From NCBI GenBank assembly GCA_964016885.1, contig OZ024741.1, positions 283,092,001-283,156,000 of the forward strand: a stretch of 64,000 nt of DNA, read 5' to 3'. Position numbers and translations under genes: made by a program. Source of the DNA: Eledone cirrhosa (lineage: Eukaryota). Positions 1-12,900 of this stretch are shown piece after piece; within the stretch, counting starts at the first letter, position 1, and each line of letters opens with the position of its first letter. The notes under the pieces are model-generated. The model did no database searches and was not told the origin of the DNA. It saw only the letters and a program-made list of their open reading frames with translations.

Positions 1-254
1 GGAGGAAGCTGAGGACTAAACTTTGGTGGACTCCTATTTGCATGCTAATTTCATTGCTGATTTCATTTTTAACCATAACTTTTCTGACAGCATCTTTATT
101 CATCACCTGTCACAAGCCATTCATCTATCCCTTGTTTTGAAAGAGTCCATCAGATTACATTGTAACTGTTTTTTCCTGGTCTCTTAGGTTAAGCTGAATG
201 ATCATGGGCTCTTTTTACTGATTTTGATCATGTAGATAGCATGTTTCACATTTT
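1..254. repeat. Local duplicate of 32604-32857 (decayed RTE/Gypsy junction)
   Basis: Direct comparison shows identity except for one substitution at position 13. The duplication probably continues upstream of the window. Confidence 0.9.
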
Positions 255-1231
255 CTGATTTCGGGATTTCGAGGGACAAAAGGGGGCGTTTGGCCTAAAT
301 GGGTTGAGAACCTGTGCTTTAAGGTATGAGCATGGCCAAGTAAATAATGGGCCAACTTCAAACTGTAATGTTACAAGTTTGTATTCCATCAGTTTTTCTA
401 TGAGAAGTGCAGCTAATCGAGTCATTAGGTTGTTAGTTAGCTAGCCAGTTGAAGAAAAGGTCAATGTTTTTTTTACATACGCTTCAATGCAGGATTAAAT
501 TAACCATTAAGTAAACTGTGCACATGCTTAAGGCATCTTTATTCAAATTAAATGTATTTGTCATTTCAACAAAATACTTTTTTTGGCAACTATATATATA
601 AAAATTGGGATTATCACTCCTGATTACCGTTGCTTAGATGCATTACCAGCCAGAGAATAAGGCTTTTATCATCTTCAGCCGAATTTCATCCTTCCCAGCA
701 GCTTTGTCAAATTTGAACTCTTTAATTGCTATTTTGACCTCAGCCTATGAGAGATAAGTCACCGCTCCCAGATGCACCTCATGTACATCAGAAGATGCTG
801 TTGTGACTGGGTTTAGGAGGTCAGCAAAGTATTTTCTCCTCCTTGTGAGGATCTCTTTGAAGAGAGAACCCCTGATGCATTCTTGATAGCAGGAGTGGAG
901 GAGGACTTCTTATTATGAAGTTGGCACTTTTGACAGGACCTGTTAGAAAATGTACTTGAGGACTCTGCCCCACAACCCTTCCAGGAATAAGTGGGCACAG
1001 AAGAAAAAGGAGGAGGAGGAGACCATCCCTACATATATATTTTTAATTTCTTAGCAAAATTTATATTTTGGGCTACTTTTTAACATTATCTGCTACTTTC
1101 TATGAAATTGATTTGGTAGTCTTGTATTGATGATGTAATAGAAACTAATGAATAGCAGCTGGATGACTCAATAATGAAAGTTCTCTTCAACCCTTTTGAT
1201 ACAAAACTGCTTGAAACTTCCCTCGGTTTCA

Positions 1232-1510
1232 TCATCACCATCACCATTTAATGTTCATTTTCGATGATAGCATGGGTTAGACGAGTTGTCCCGTTGTCAG
1301 ATCAGATGATCATATCTTGCTCATATAGAACTGTTTCTGACTTGGCTAGATACTCTTCCTAATGCTAACCATATTTACAGTGTGGACTAGATGCTTTTTA
1401 TCATGGCGTCAATCAAAATGACCAACTGACAAGTTAGACTGGGTACTTTTCCATTGTGTCACCAGCATAGACCACTTACAGTGAGGACCTTGTGCCTTTT
1501 GTCGTCTTTT
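1232..1510 (-). mobile_element. RTE-type 3' UTR/tail fragment
   Basis: (CAT/CAC)n tail + 'tttaatgttc...agcatgggttagacgag' is the reverse complement of the RTE 3' end at 48540-48690. Confidence 0.6.
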
Positions 1511-1779
1511 GTGCTTATGATACCAAATTGCTAATTCTTAAATGTCTGCCCTCATATTAAAATTTTACAAATTTTTGGTATGTAAGGCTCTAAATATTAG
1601 CTTACCAATGAAAATCTTTGGGTTTTTCTCAAAATCAAATGAAACAAATAGGAAGCATTTTATAGAGTTAAATGTTTTTATAGTTAATATGAAGCATTGC
1701 GAGATATGTAATAAATGATTGATAATTATTTCGGAAAGCCAGTACTTATATAAAGGGCAAAGGATGACAAATAAAACAA

Positions 1780-2050
1780 AGCCAAGTAATGTTTTCCTTA
1801 CCCAGTATATTTCAACATAATATTTCAGGGTTATAAGCCTCTTTTCAAAAGCAAAAACAAAAAATGATGCAAAACAAAAATGAACGATGTGTTTTTCCCT
1901 AACTGGTTCATGCAGCTCAAATCTATTATTAATTTGTGGCTTTTGTGTACTGGTAAATAGAGCCTCTTTAATTCTTAAATTCCTTGCATTCCGTTCTATT
2001 GCCTCGATGGTGACATCAATCTTTTCTACTTTGTTTAGAAAAAATAACAA
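1780..2050 (-). mobile_element. Penelope-like element remnant (C-terminus of GIY-YIG endonuclease plus 3' region)
   Basis: ORF 1565..2050 begins KIDVTIEAIERNARNLRIKEALFTSTQKPQINNRFEL, resembling the PLE endonuclease end 'L.I.EAL.I....P.+N'. Confidence 0.5.
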
Positions 2051-2152
2051 AAAGATAAAATAGACAAAAGCAAGAAGACATTTCGATTTTTAGAAAACAT
2101 TTTTTTTTTGTGTGCAATTTACTTTAAAACCCTTGTCTTTCTCTCTTTGTAG

Positions 2153-2232
2153 GAAATATCAAGAGGAATGATTGTGCAATCACAATAGGTACAATGAATA
2201 ATAAAGAAAACTTCAAAGGTTACATGAAAGAG
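2153..2232 (+). CDS. Penultimate coding exon of Pif-like/LamG-domain gene A (C-terminal part of LamG-like domain)
   Basis: Polypyrimidine tract + AG at 2151-2152 and GT donor at 2233. Translates (phase 1) GNIKRNDCAITIGTMNNKENFKGYMKE, matching the 'G.I....C.+.IG......F.G.+.E' end of Laminin_G_3 domains in molluscan Pif-like proteins. Confidence 0.75.
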
Positions 2233-4320
2233 GTATTACTTGTTTTTAAAATGTTGTTTCTTCTTTCCCATTTCTATACATCTGTATTAATGAAACATAA
2301 ATATTACTGGATTTAATGTTAGTTTTCAAGATACTGACAGCTAGAAGTTATTTTCTTTTCCTCTTGGATAGACTTTATGATATGATGGCAACTGTTGAAT
2401 GCTTTAAAGAAGTTTCGACATACACAATGAACAATGGGAAATTATATAAACCATGACTGTCTATAAATATTTGGAAAGCATAATAAGTTGTAGGATTGAT
2501 GATGCAAAAGAGATGAAAACACATTAAAGACATTGGGTGTGCTTTTGTGAGACTGTATGCAATCTTAATTTTCGGGATAAAGAGATAAAACTAAGATGTT
2601 GTTCAGCATTTGGTCTAATCTGATTGAAGGCATTCTAATTGTGACCATCCCATCCTTTTTGCAAATCAGAGATTAATTTATCCAATGTGTCCTCTATTTA
2701 TTTAAAGTGGCATGGCATGATATAGGGATCCTTTTTTTCTTGCTGCTGTTGCTTCTTCTTCTTCTTCTTCTTCTTCTTCATACAAGTTGGTCTCAGGTTA
2801 TTGTCATTTGCCTGATTAAAATCAGAGATCAATGGTCAGTTTCTAGGGCCCACCATGAGAAGATCGACAAACTTGGGCCCAGTTATTTCTAACATGTTGA
2901 GTGACCACATAGATGCTTCCAATTATCTCTTTATCAACAAAAATGGGTTTGAATATAAATGATTTTATGTGCATTTTCAATCTGGCAGTTTATACAGTAT
3001 ACTATAAGTTGTATGTAGGTGTGGCAAGCTGTATATATTCTAGTCCTTTGAAAGAGGGATGGCTCAAGAAGAAGTAAGTTAACTAAGTCATTACAAAAGA
3101 AATCTCCACCTAATCCCCAGCCAGCACTCAGTTGCTTATTGTAAAAAGTATTCAACATTCTAACAAAGATTCTGTAGATTATTTATCAGTATCGTGTCAT
3201 CAATAACAAGGTGTTTTTTTAATCTACAAATGGTAAACTTTAAGAAACTGGACACCAGAAGAAAAATCTTGTTCATACAACAAAGAATAAAATTATGTAG
3301 ATTGGAAATAAGAGACATAACAATCTGATTGATATGCAGCTATTTGTTTTGTGGAAGTAGTAGATCATTGTTTAAAATCAGAGATAAGGGAGAAAGAGAG
3401 AGAGAGAGAGAAGGAGGGAGAGCGAGAGAGAGAGAGAGTAAAGATGTGAAAGGAGACAAATCCAATCAAAATGAATATGTATTTTAGTTTATTATGAAAA
3501 TTGCATTGCCAAAAATATCTGGAAATGTTTACCAAAACAGAGGAAAGACAGTAGTTGCCAAAGTGAAATGACAGATTTAACTAGGAATTGAAAATAAATC
3601 AGTTACAACATAAGTTGTTGTCCTATTTAACATCACCACATGACCCTTGGGTACTTTTAGTGGAGTATACTTCATTATAAGCATTTGGATTAAGCCTCCT
3701 CACCTGATGATGTGAAAAGAGTCAATAGTGTTGATTTTTTCTTCTGAAAAAAATAAAATAAAAAAGGAGCTTCTTACTGTACATTCTCTACAGTTCTTTA
3801 GAGAGATTGTCGCCATTGTGTAGTATATATTCTTTGTTATCAGAGTTTATGCTCTTGAAAATAGCATAATCTTATAATTTCCCATTTTTGCATCCCTAAA
3901 ACAAATAAAACATCAGATATAGCTGAAAAAGAGTTCTATTATATTGGTGTGTGAAAAAAAAAAAGGAAACGATTAGATAATACCATTACAATTTTGCCTG
4001 AAATAAGTTGATCTCATTTATATTGATAATGCCTCAGAAAATGTCATAAATTTCCTATTTTTCTAAATTATAGGACATTCATGTCTATTCAACACTAAAA
4101 ATGATTGATTTATAACTTTAGAACAAGATGTCACATTTATTGATAAGTACATTATTCTTATTTACTTTATTACTTCTGAAAGGATAAAAGACAGCCAGGA
4201 TTTGAATTGAGACTGTAAAAGAGCTTAACTGATTACCCTAATTACTTCAAAGGCTTCTTGTCATTTCTGCTACTTGACCATGCTCAAAATTAAAAGAAAT
4301 ATTTTAATCTTCTATTTCAG

Positions 4321-4353
4321 TTCTTATTAGATAAGTGCCCTGACCAAGCATAA
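4321..4353 (+). CDS. Terminal coding exon of gene A (FLLDKCPDQA*)
   Basis: Acceptor tcttctatttcAG ends at 4320. Phase-0 join gives FKGYMKE-FLLDKCPDQA*, the expected final LamG strand plus Cys. AATAAA follows at 4516-4521. Confidence 0.65.
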   Translation, partial: FLLDKCPDQA

Positions 4354-4515
4354 GGTAAATCCTGGTGAAAACTGGTTCAAACTGAATTGCTCCAGAAAAA
4401 GAACATTGAAATTAGTTTCTGAAATAACAGTCTTGTTCTTTTTTGTAAAACCAATAGGTTTCTACACAAGAAATTAAATTTGATGTATAATTGCCAATGT
4501 TTCATTTTAAAGTTA

Positions 4516-4521
4516 AATAAA
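4516..4521 (+). terminator. Candidate polyadenylation signal of gene A
   Basis: AATAAA ~160 nt after the stop codon, followed by T/GT-rich sequence. The AT-rich context makes this weak. Confidence 0.35.
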
Positions 4522-5059
4522 TATAATATGTTATTAATGATGTTTTATTTTGAATTGTCTTCTCCAGAAAATATTTTTCTTCCTTACTAAAAGATCAAAA
4601 GTAAGATTAGTACTATTAAATCTACAAAGTATATTATAACTATTTTGTTGGTGACTGAGACTAGAGGTCAAAATCTAAAAAAAATATCGGCATTAATCCA
4701 TCATAAATAGACTGGGTTCTTCCTCTCTTGCTTCAAATGGATTCCCCAACAAGAATTTTGAAGAAAGCGGGTGGAGATCACTGCAAGGTATTTCAAGCTG
4801 TACCCTGCTCATAGGTTATTATACTTGCCATGGGGTCCTTTTTGAGGCATTATTTTATGACCAAATACACTTCCTGGTGTCAATTCTTTTAGTCAGTGCT
4901 TGCAAGATAAAGAGATACAGTGTATTTATTCAAAACTGGTTACACACACTTATACAAATATCAGAATATAAATCGGTCAAAAGAAAACGGAACAAAACTA
5001 TATATATACATACACACACATATATATATTGAAACTGTAGTTCCGCTGTGAGAAGGGTT

Positions 5060-5480
5060 CGGTGTGGCCAACTGGCCTGTCCCTCCTCATAGTGGTGTCA
5101 TCCAGAGCCAGGCTCCAAAAATTGTGGTTCCTATTCCTCCTCATAGTTACACATGGTTATCTCGTTTCGTATTGAGAAGTGTCAGTTGTATGGAGAGTGC
5201 CTGGCTCCAAAACTGGAGTGCTGCTGTCAGAGGAGTTCAACATGGCCAACTGGCCTGTCCCTTCTCATAACAGAGTCATCCAATTCTAGAATAAATGTGG
5301 TTGGTGTTGGGAAGGGCATCCAGCTGTTAAATACCCAGCCAAATTTACAGTCCTCACTGGAGCAAGGTACTACACATGGCCAACCCTGGCCAGACTTGCC
5401 TCTCAGCATGGACAACTCTTCTAACCCATGCAAGCGTGGAAAAATTGGCATTAAATGGAAATGATGATTATGATGATATA
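5060..5480 (+). mobile_element. Non-autonomous RTE-tailed repeat (SINE-like)
   Basis: Two copies of the head 'gccaactggcctgtccct.ctcata', then the RTE 3' motif 'gtggttggtgttgggaagggcatccagctgt', 'ctaacccatgc' and a (GAT)n tail. Confidence 0.6.
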
Positions 5481-5789
5481 TGTATATATATATGATAATA
5501 ACAATTATATTTATATATAATGATAGTAATATTGTATGTTACCTGATTATCAGTAAGACAAGTAGCTCAATGTAAAAGTATAATACAGAGCAGAAATACA
5601 ACATGTATATATATATGTATATGTCTGTGTGTGAAAGCCCTTATTTTCCCTCGATTCATCTGATTCTACCACTGCTGTTTTGAAAAAACTCTTCAAGTAA
5701 TGTAAAACCATCCTTCTATCATCTCGAAACTCAAAAATATTCTATCTCCCCAATTTCAGTCACATAGACTCGTTTTTCATAGTTCCTCT

Positions 5790-7640
5790 TTTTTCATATC
5801 TTTAGAGGTATGTTGCTTGATATTTTTGACAGCAAGGAACAGCAAAAAGAGACATACAATATAGAGGAGCTGTGGTAATTCCTGAAAAATAACCTACTGA
5901 AGGTGACAAATGAAATCTGTGGCTGGAGAAGGAGAGTGACTTGGTGATGGAACAGTAAGGTGGAAGAGACAATTAAGGCCAAAAAATAGGCATGGAAAGA
6001 ATAGTGTTATGGGGGAAGTAGAGAACACTACCAGGCGGCTAGGCAACAAGTGTACTTTGTAAGAAGGGAAGCAGAAATTTAAGCTTGTTGTGCAATGCAA
6101 GGAGCAAAGACATGAGGTGTTTAAGATTGTGAGGCAATGTGTCAGGAAAAATTGTGATGTCGTTGGGGAGAAGTGTATCTGTGATGATAATGGAGTACTC
6201 ACACTCACTGATACTGAAAAGAAGGTAGCATAAAAGTACCTCTATGAAAGACTATTAAATAAGGAGAATGAATGGAATGAAGATAGTTTGCTCCAAGTTA
6301 GCAGTATTATAGTAAGTAAGGAAATCAAGACAAGCAGGGCAGCTGGATCTTCGGGGAAAGTTGCTGAGATGCTGAAAACATTTGGGATTATGGGTCATGC
6401 CATGGCCACATGTATTGTAAGCCACGTAATACAAAATGGTGTCATACCCAACGATTGGTGTAGCAGAATCATTGTCAACTGCTACAAGGGCAAAGGAGAT
6501 GCTCTAGACAGAGTAAATTATAGCAGCATTAAGTTGGTTGACCAGGTGATGAAGGTCAGAGAAAGAGTTATTGCATGCCGTATTAGGAACTGAGTTAACC
6601 TTGAGGAAATGTAGTTTGGATTTGTGCCAGGTAAAAGTATCACAGATGCTCTCTTCCTCATAAGTCAACTGCAGGAGAAGAATCTAGTAAAAAGTAAACT
6701 CCTCTTCTTAGCTTTTGTTGACTTGGAGAAAGCCTTTGACAGAGTCTGCCGCTCCATTATCTGATGGGCTCTTAGAAAACTAAGAGTAGATGAGAGGCCC
6801 GTGAAGGCTGTATGAGCCATGTATAGAGGAACAGTCAGCAAGGTTAGAATTAACAGTGACTATAGTGAATAATTTAGCATTCAGGTAGCTGTCCATCAGA
6901 GCTCGGTTCTTAGCCCTCTCCTGCCTTACAGGCTAAAACAGAACAGTTTAAGACTGGCTGCCCATGGGAACTTCTGTATGCAAATGATCTAACCCTCATA
7001 GCTGAATCTATGGCAGAATTAAAGAAGAAAGTTAATTTGGCAAAAACTAAAGTCCTAGTATCTAGAAAGGAAAAAAGGGCCGAGATTCCCTCAAGGAAAT
7101 GGCCTTGCTCAACGTGAATGAAAGGAGTAGGTAGAAATTCCATCCCAAATGCAAGCTACGGTTATATTAAAAATAGTGGGATCACAGGCAGACTATAAAA
7201 GAATGTAAGTTTTATATGTGGTCGATGCACAGGTACAGTAAGTAGCAAGTGCCCTCAGGATACTAGTTCCTTCAAATGCCCAGAGGGCTCTGTAGAAATA
7301 GTCGATAGTTTCCATTACCCGGGTGACCAAATCAGCAGTGGAGGAGAGTGTTCTGACAAATAACCAGAGTAAGAATGGGATGGAGAAAGTTCAGGGAGCT
7401 ACTACCGCTATTAGCTACAAAATGTTTTTTCCTTAAAATGAAGGACAGATTGTACAATGCATGTATACGAACACCAATGTTGCATGCTTGTGAGACCTGG
7501 GCACTGTGTGTAGAGAACCTATGAAGATTGGAAAGAAATGAAGCCTGCATGCTTTGATGGATGTGTAATAGTAATATACATGAACGGCAAAACATAAACG
7601 AACTAACTAAGTGAGAAATTAGGAATAAGAGGGTAAATAA
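5790..7640 (+). mobile_element. Decayed RTE-clade LINE (RT region)
   Basis: Fragments such as IPNDWCSRIIVNCYKGKGDALDR and DLEKAFDRV, colinear with the RTE at 45310-48690. Many stops and frameshifts. Confidence 0.9.
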
Positions 7641-7699
7641 GAGTAAATGAATTGAGAGAAAAATGTTCTAATTTATCCTGATAAATATATTGAATTATC

Positions 7700-9150
7700 T
7701 TTATCTTGGAGGTCGATGAGTGTGTAGGTGTGTGTGTGTATCTCAATCAAAGACATGCTTTTATGGCCTCCAGATGGCCTAAGTATAGGTTTGGCGTATA
7801 GGACTACTATCCCAGCAAAGAATTGTACCCGTTGATATGAAAATGTCAGCTGTCCAGTGGTGCACCCATGTATTTAAGATTTTAGCTCACAGTACAATTA
7901 ATTTATAGTGGGTCAGTTTTATAGTAGTTATTCTTATTTACAAATGACTAAATATCTAAAGATTTAAAAATTCTTAGTTTTCGCGCAATACTATATTAAA
8001 AGAAAGTTTTAGATTTGATATGTGTGTAGGTATGAGATGGACAGTTTAGGTACTTGTTTCATGCGCTGAAACTTTAGTTTTAATGATGGTGTGTGTGTTT
8101 TGGTATGTAACTATCTGTTCAAATACTTCTATATGAGCCAAATATGTGCGTATATATTAGTGCATATGTCCTCTATCTATCTAGGGATGCTTTTGCAGAG
8201 GTACTAGGGTGCCTGTTTCATAACATGTACGCACAATAAATGTTATGAACCATATTCTACTTACTTGGCTCATGAGAAGGTCTAAGATTGCGATATGTTT
8301 TATAGATCTGATGTTTACATGAAGTAACAAGTTCGTCCATTTTATTTAATAATTGTTCTTTGGCGAACAACATTTGGATTGTTTCCTCGGAGCATAAATT
8401 GCATGGACGGCATCCTCCTGTGTAAGATTTGATCTAGGACAAGAGGCTCCATTTTAGATCATAGGTGATATTTTTGTCATGGAGGTCCCAAATATGGCTA
8501 GATTTTTTTTTGCTTTTTGCTTGGCCGAGTTTCTAAACAAATGTTGGTAATACTATGTCTTGAACTCGCAGGCGGTTAATTCAATGTAGGCTTTGTTGGA
8601 ATATTCCGTCATCACATTGCACTTGTAAACAATATTACATTGCTGGCATCTATTGTTAAGAGGGCAAAGTGATTTATCCAAACAATTACACTGCCTGAAT
8701 ACCTCCTCACTGATTTCTGAATTATTTCTGTTAGAATGGAGTTTGTCAGTGTTAGAGGAAGCAATATTTTGTGCAAAGTTGGGTGTGGTGCTGTAAGATA
8801 GTTTAATAGTGTTTCTGTTGAAGATATTGTGGTAGCAATGTTGTGATGGGAAGTGTTTGTTTAGAAATCTGAGGAAGATCTTCCCGATATGTGTGGTGAC
8901 CTCAGTGTTGTGAGGAGGATGAAATCACGTTATGTGGCATGAGTGGCGACTCCACCTGCTGGATCTGCAAGTGGTGCTTGGGTAACAGGTAATTCCTCCT
9001 TGAATTTGCCTTTTTTGTGGGCCTGGTTGTAGTGTGGCACGTGTTCCTTGAATATCTGCTAGTTTGCAGACAAGTGTGGTATACGGTGGGAGATGTTTTT
9101 TACCAAATTATTAGTAATATTCCTGTGGCTGATATTACATCTTTCTCCTT
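7700..9150 (-). mobile_element. Penelope-like element remnant (RT C-terminus, GIY-YIG region, 3' region)
   Basis: Minus-strand translation gives FHPPHNTEVTTHIGKIFLRFLNKHFPSQHCYHNIFNRNTIKLSYS and CNCLDKSLCPLNNRC...VYKC, typical PLE linker/endonuclease motifs. Confidence 0.8.
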
Positions 9151-9214
9151 TATATCTATATGATTGATGGTTGCCATTTCTCTGCATAATGCAGTGGTGT
9201 TAAAGAACTTATCT

Positions 9215-9480
9215 GGCTTATATATTTGCTTGTTTCATTGGAGGTGTGAAAACATTTTTATATTGTTCATTCAGTACCTCATTTATCCCTTGGGGGTTAG
9301 AGGGCAGTGATCCACTTTTATGAAAAAGTGGCCCTATCCCATTATGTACCAAGGTGGTCTCTTCTGCAAATTTAAAGAAAGTGTTAGGGTTCATCTTTAT
9401 GTTTTCTATGGCCCTAGATTCTCTTTCTGCCTTCTCCTTTCCATGGGAGAGTTTGAGTTCTTGGAGTTTTAGTCCGTATA
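9215..9480 (-). mobile_element. CR1/L2-group LINE ORF2 fragment
   Basis: RAIENIKMNPNTFFKFA...IGPLF...EVLNEQYKNVFT is the pre-RT linker of CR1-group LINEs. Confidence 0.7.
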
Positions 9481-9529
9481 CATATATCATTCAATCTATA
9501 CTTTGTTTTGAAGGAGAAACCTTTTGTAG

Positions 9530-9965
9530 CTAGCAGCAGTAGTAGAACTTTTTCCATTCCATTTTCACTCTGTCTACTGTACTTTCAGAACAGCCACCTC
9601 CACTGCTAATTTGGTCACCCAAGTAACAGAATCTGTTAACTGCCTCAATGGATCCTTCTAAGAATTTGATATCGTTTGTTTCCTATGAGCGTTTGCTGCT
9701 TACTGCTCTTGTACAACAGCTACATGTAAAATCTGCATTCTTTCCTACTACATCTCTTCTGTATCAATATTTTGCAATTTGGAGGATAGGATGACATTTC
9801 TACCCACCCCTTTCCTACACACTGAGCAGGGCTATTTCCCTGAGGGTATGTGGGCCTTGTTTTCTTTTCTACTTACTAGAACTTTAGTCTTTGCCAATTT
9901 GACATAGAAATCTTTTGATTCTAGGCTGTACTTCCAGGTCAGGAATTTTTTCTCTAGTTTTGTCA
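9530..9965 (-). mobile_element. RTE LINE fragment
   Basis: LAKTKVLVSRKENKAHIPSGK and FCYLGDQISSGGGCSE-like segments. Confidence 0.8.
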
Positions 9966-9984
9966 TAGTTTTAGGTGTATGAAT

Positions 9985-12900
9985 ATCATTATGATCATCA
10001 CTGTTTAACATCCATTTTTCCAAGGGTTAGATGAGTTTTCCTGTTGTGAGAAATGCCAGGTCAGATGACCATGTGTTGCTCATACAGAACTGATTTTGGC
10101 TTGGTTTCTACAGCTGGATGCCATTCCTAACGCCAACCACATTTACTGTGTGTACTGAGTGCTTTTTGTTGTGACACCTACACGACCACTTTGCAGTGTG
10201 GCCCCGCCTGGGTGCTTTTTGTCGTGACACCTACACAACCATTTTACAGTGTTCATACCAATGCAATCTCCTCACCTGAACACTGCATCTGATTCCTCCT
10301 ATGCCTAGTCTCTTTGTCAGTTCATTTACGCTTTGCTGTTCAGGTATTACACATCCATTGGAGCATGCAAGCTTAATTTCTTTCCAATCTTTGCAAGTGT
10401 TCTGCACACAGTGCCCAGTTCTCACTATTATACAATGTGGTTGTTCGTATGCATGCATCATACAGTCTGCCTTTCATTTTGAAGGAAAAGTCTTTTGTGG
10501 CTAGCAGTGGTAGTAGCAACCTGAACTTCTATCCTGTTCTCACTCTGGCTACTGTACTTTCGGCACACCCACCTCCATTACTAATTTGGTCTCCCAGGTA
10601 GCAGAAGCTGTCTACTTTTCTACTGAATCTTCCCAGAATTTTATAGCACTTGTTTCCTGTGATTGTTTGCTGCTTACTGCTGCGATGCAATGGTTACATG
10701 TAAAATTTACGTTCTTAGCTAGGCTACCTGAGATCCCACTACATCTCTAGTGTATCCATAGTTTGCATTTGAGACAGAGGATGGAATTTCTTCCTACAAC
10801 TTTCCTACATACTGAGCAAAGCTATTTTCCCGAGGGAATCAGGGCACTGTATTCCCTTCTACTTACTGGGATCTTAATCTTTGTCAGGTTAACTTTAAGA
10901 CCCTTTGTTTTTAGACTGTGCTTCCAGGTTTGGAATTTCTCCAATTCTGCAATAAACTAGCAATAAGTGTAAGATCATCTATGTACAGGAGTCCCCATGG
11001 GCAGTCGGTCTCAAACTCCTCTGTTATAGGCTGAAGTACAGGAGAGGGCTAAGAATAGAGCCCCGGGGGATGCCGACCTGTACACTAAATTTCTCGCTAT
11101 AGACATTGTTAATCCTATCTTTGTTGACTACTCTACAATACATGAATTGTACAGCCTTCACAAGCCACTCATCTACTCCTAGTTTTCTAAGAGGCCACCA
11201 GATTATGGCATGGGCGACTCTGTCAAAAGTCTTCTCCAAATCTCCAAAAGCTAAGTAGAGAGGTTTACTTTTAGCTAGGTACTTCTCTTGTAGTTACCGA
11301 ACAAGGAAGAGAGCATCCTTGGTACTTTTACCTGGCACAAACCCAAACTGCATCTCATCTAGATCAATTCAGTCCCTAATCCGTTGAGCAATACCTTTTT
11401 CTGTGACCTTCATGACCTGGTCAACTCACTTAATGCCTCTATAGTTTTCGCTATCTAGAGCATCTCCTTTGCCCTTGTAGCAGTTAACGATGCTGCTGCT
11501 ATTTCAGTCATTTGGTATGATCCCATTCTGTATTACTTGGTTTACTATCCGGGTTACCATAGTATGTCCCACCATTCCAGATGCTTTCAACATCTCAGCA
11601 ACTATCTCTGAAGGCCCAGCTGCCTTGCCTGTTTTCATATCTTTTATTGCCTTACTTATTATACTACCATTAACTTGCACAGCTGGTCCCTCTATTGGAT
11701 CGATTTGGAGCAGACTATCTTTATCCCAATCATTCTCCTCATTTAGTAGTCTCTCGTAGTGGCACTTCCAAGCTACCTTCTTATCAGTATCAGTGAGGGC
11801 AAGTACACCATCATCATTATGGACACACTTCTCCCCAACAATATCACAGTTTTCCTTGAAGCATTGTCTTGCAATCCTGAACACCTCACGTTTTTGGTCC
11901 TCATGTTGTAGAATATGCTTGAACTTTCTATCCTATGCTTCCTTTTTTGCAAAGTACACTTTTAGCAGAACGATAATATTATGCCGTGTTGGCATAATAT
12001 TAATAAGAACGTTCATTATGCCGTGTTCGCATAATAAGAATAAATGTTATGATGTTATGTAATTGTAATAGTACATGAGGAGTTGTTTAGCTAATTGTTA
12101 TAGTGAGAAATGTAATGCTATATTATGTGTGAGGCAATGTTAGCCGTAAATGTAAATGTTCGCCGGCTGTGAATGTTGTTCGTATTAAAGTTGTAGTTTG
12201 GTTGTAAGTATTGTAACCATGAAAGAAGTATAAAGCTGTTGTTTTAGTGATAAGAACCATATCACATCCAAAGGCGGTGGCTGTGGTAAAAGCATCATAA
12301 AACACCTTACAATGTTTTTACATAATTTATTTACAAACCGATTACAAAGATTGAACAAAAGAACAAACAAATTAAGAGTTAAGAAGGTACGGTTGACTGG
12401 CTGACGTGTCGCCAACCAGGCCGAAGTGGAGTTGTTGTTGTTACATAATGGCTAGTGGTCAAATGGCAAGAGAAAAATGTTGTTTACCTTTCTACGATTA
12501 AACAGCAACTGTTTAATGAAAACAAAAGAAGCGGGAAAATCTTTGTTTGGGCTGAAGTTGATATTCATGCATGACTCACGATTGATTAACCGGTGACCTA
12601 ATCATGCATGAATAGATTATAGTTACATGCCATGTAAATAGCTCCGCTACACACTTGTCACCTAGCTTCTCTCCTGGCCACTTGATAGTGTTCTCTACTT
12701 CCCCCATCCTGCCATACTTTCCAAGCCTGCTTTTTGGCCTTGATTGTCTCCTCCACCTTACTGTTCCACCACCAAGTTACTCTCCTCCTGCCTATAGGTC
12801 TGTTCCAGCCACAGATTTCATCTGTTGTCTTCAGTAAGTTAACTTTCTGGAATTCCCACTGTTGCTCTATATTGTACGTCTCTAATTACTCGTCCTTACT

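Noticed and set aside
2372-2460. Alternative terminal exon after the AG at 2370-2371
   Set aside because: The phase-0 join gives an almost immediate stop (TL*) and lacks the final LamG strand and Cys. The 4321 acceptor fits better.
3700-3732. CTGATGA...GAAA hammerhead-like string
   Set aside because: Only 3 nt lie between the boxes, so there is no stem II, and there is no stem III pairing.
7745-7800. Hammerhead expected in the Penelope 3' region
   Set aside because: No recognisable CUGANGA/GAAA core on either strand.
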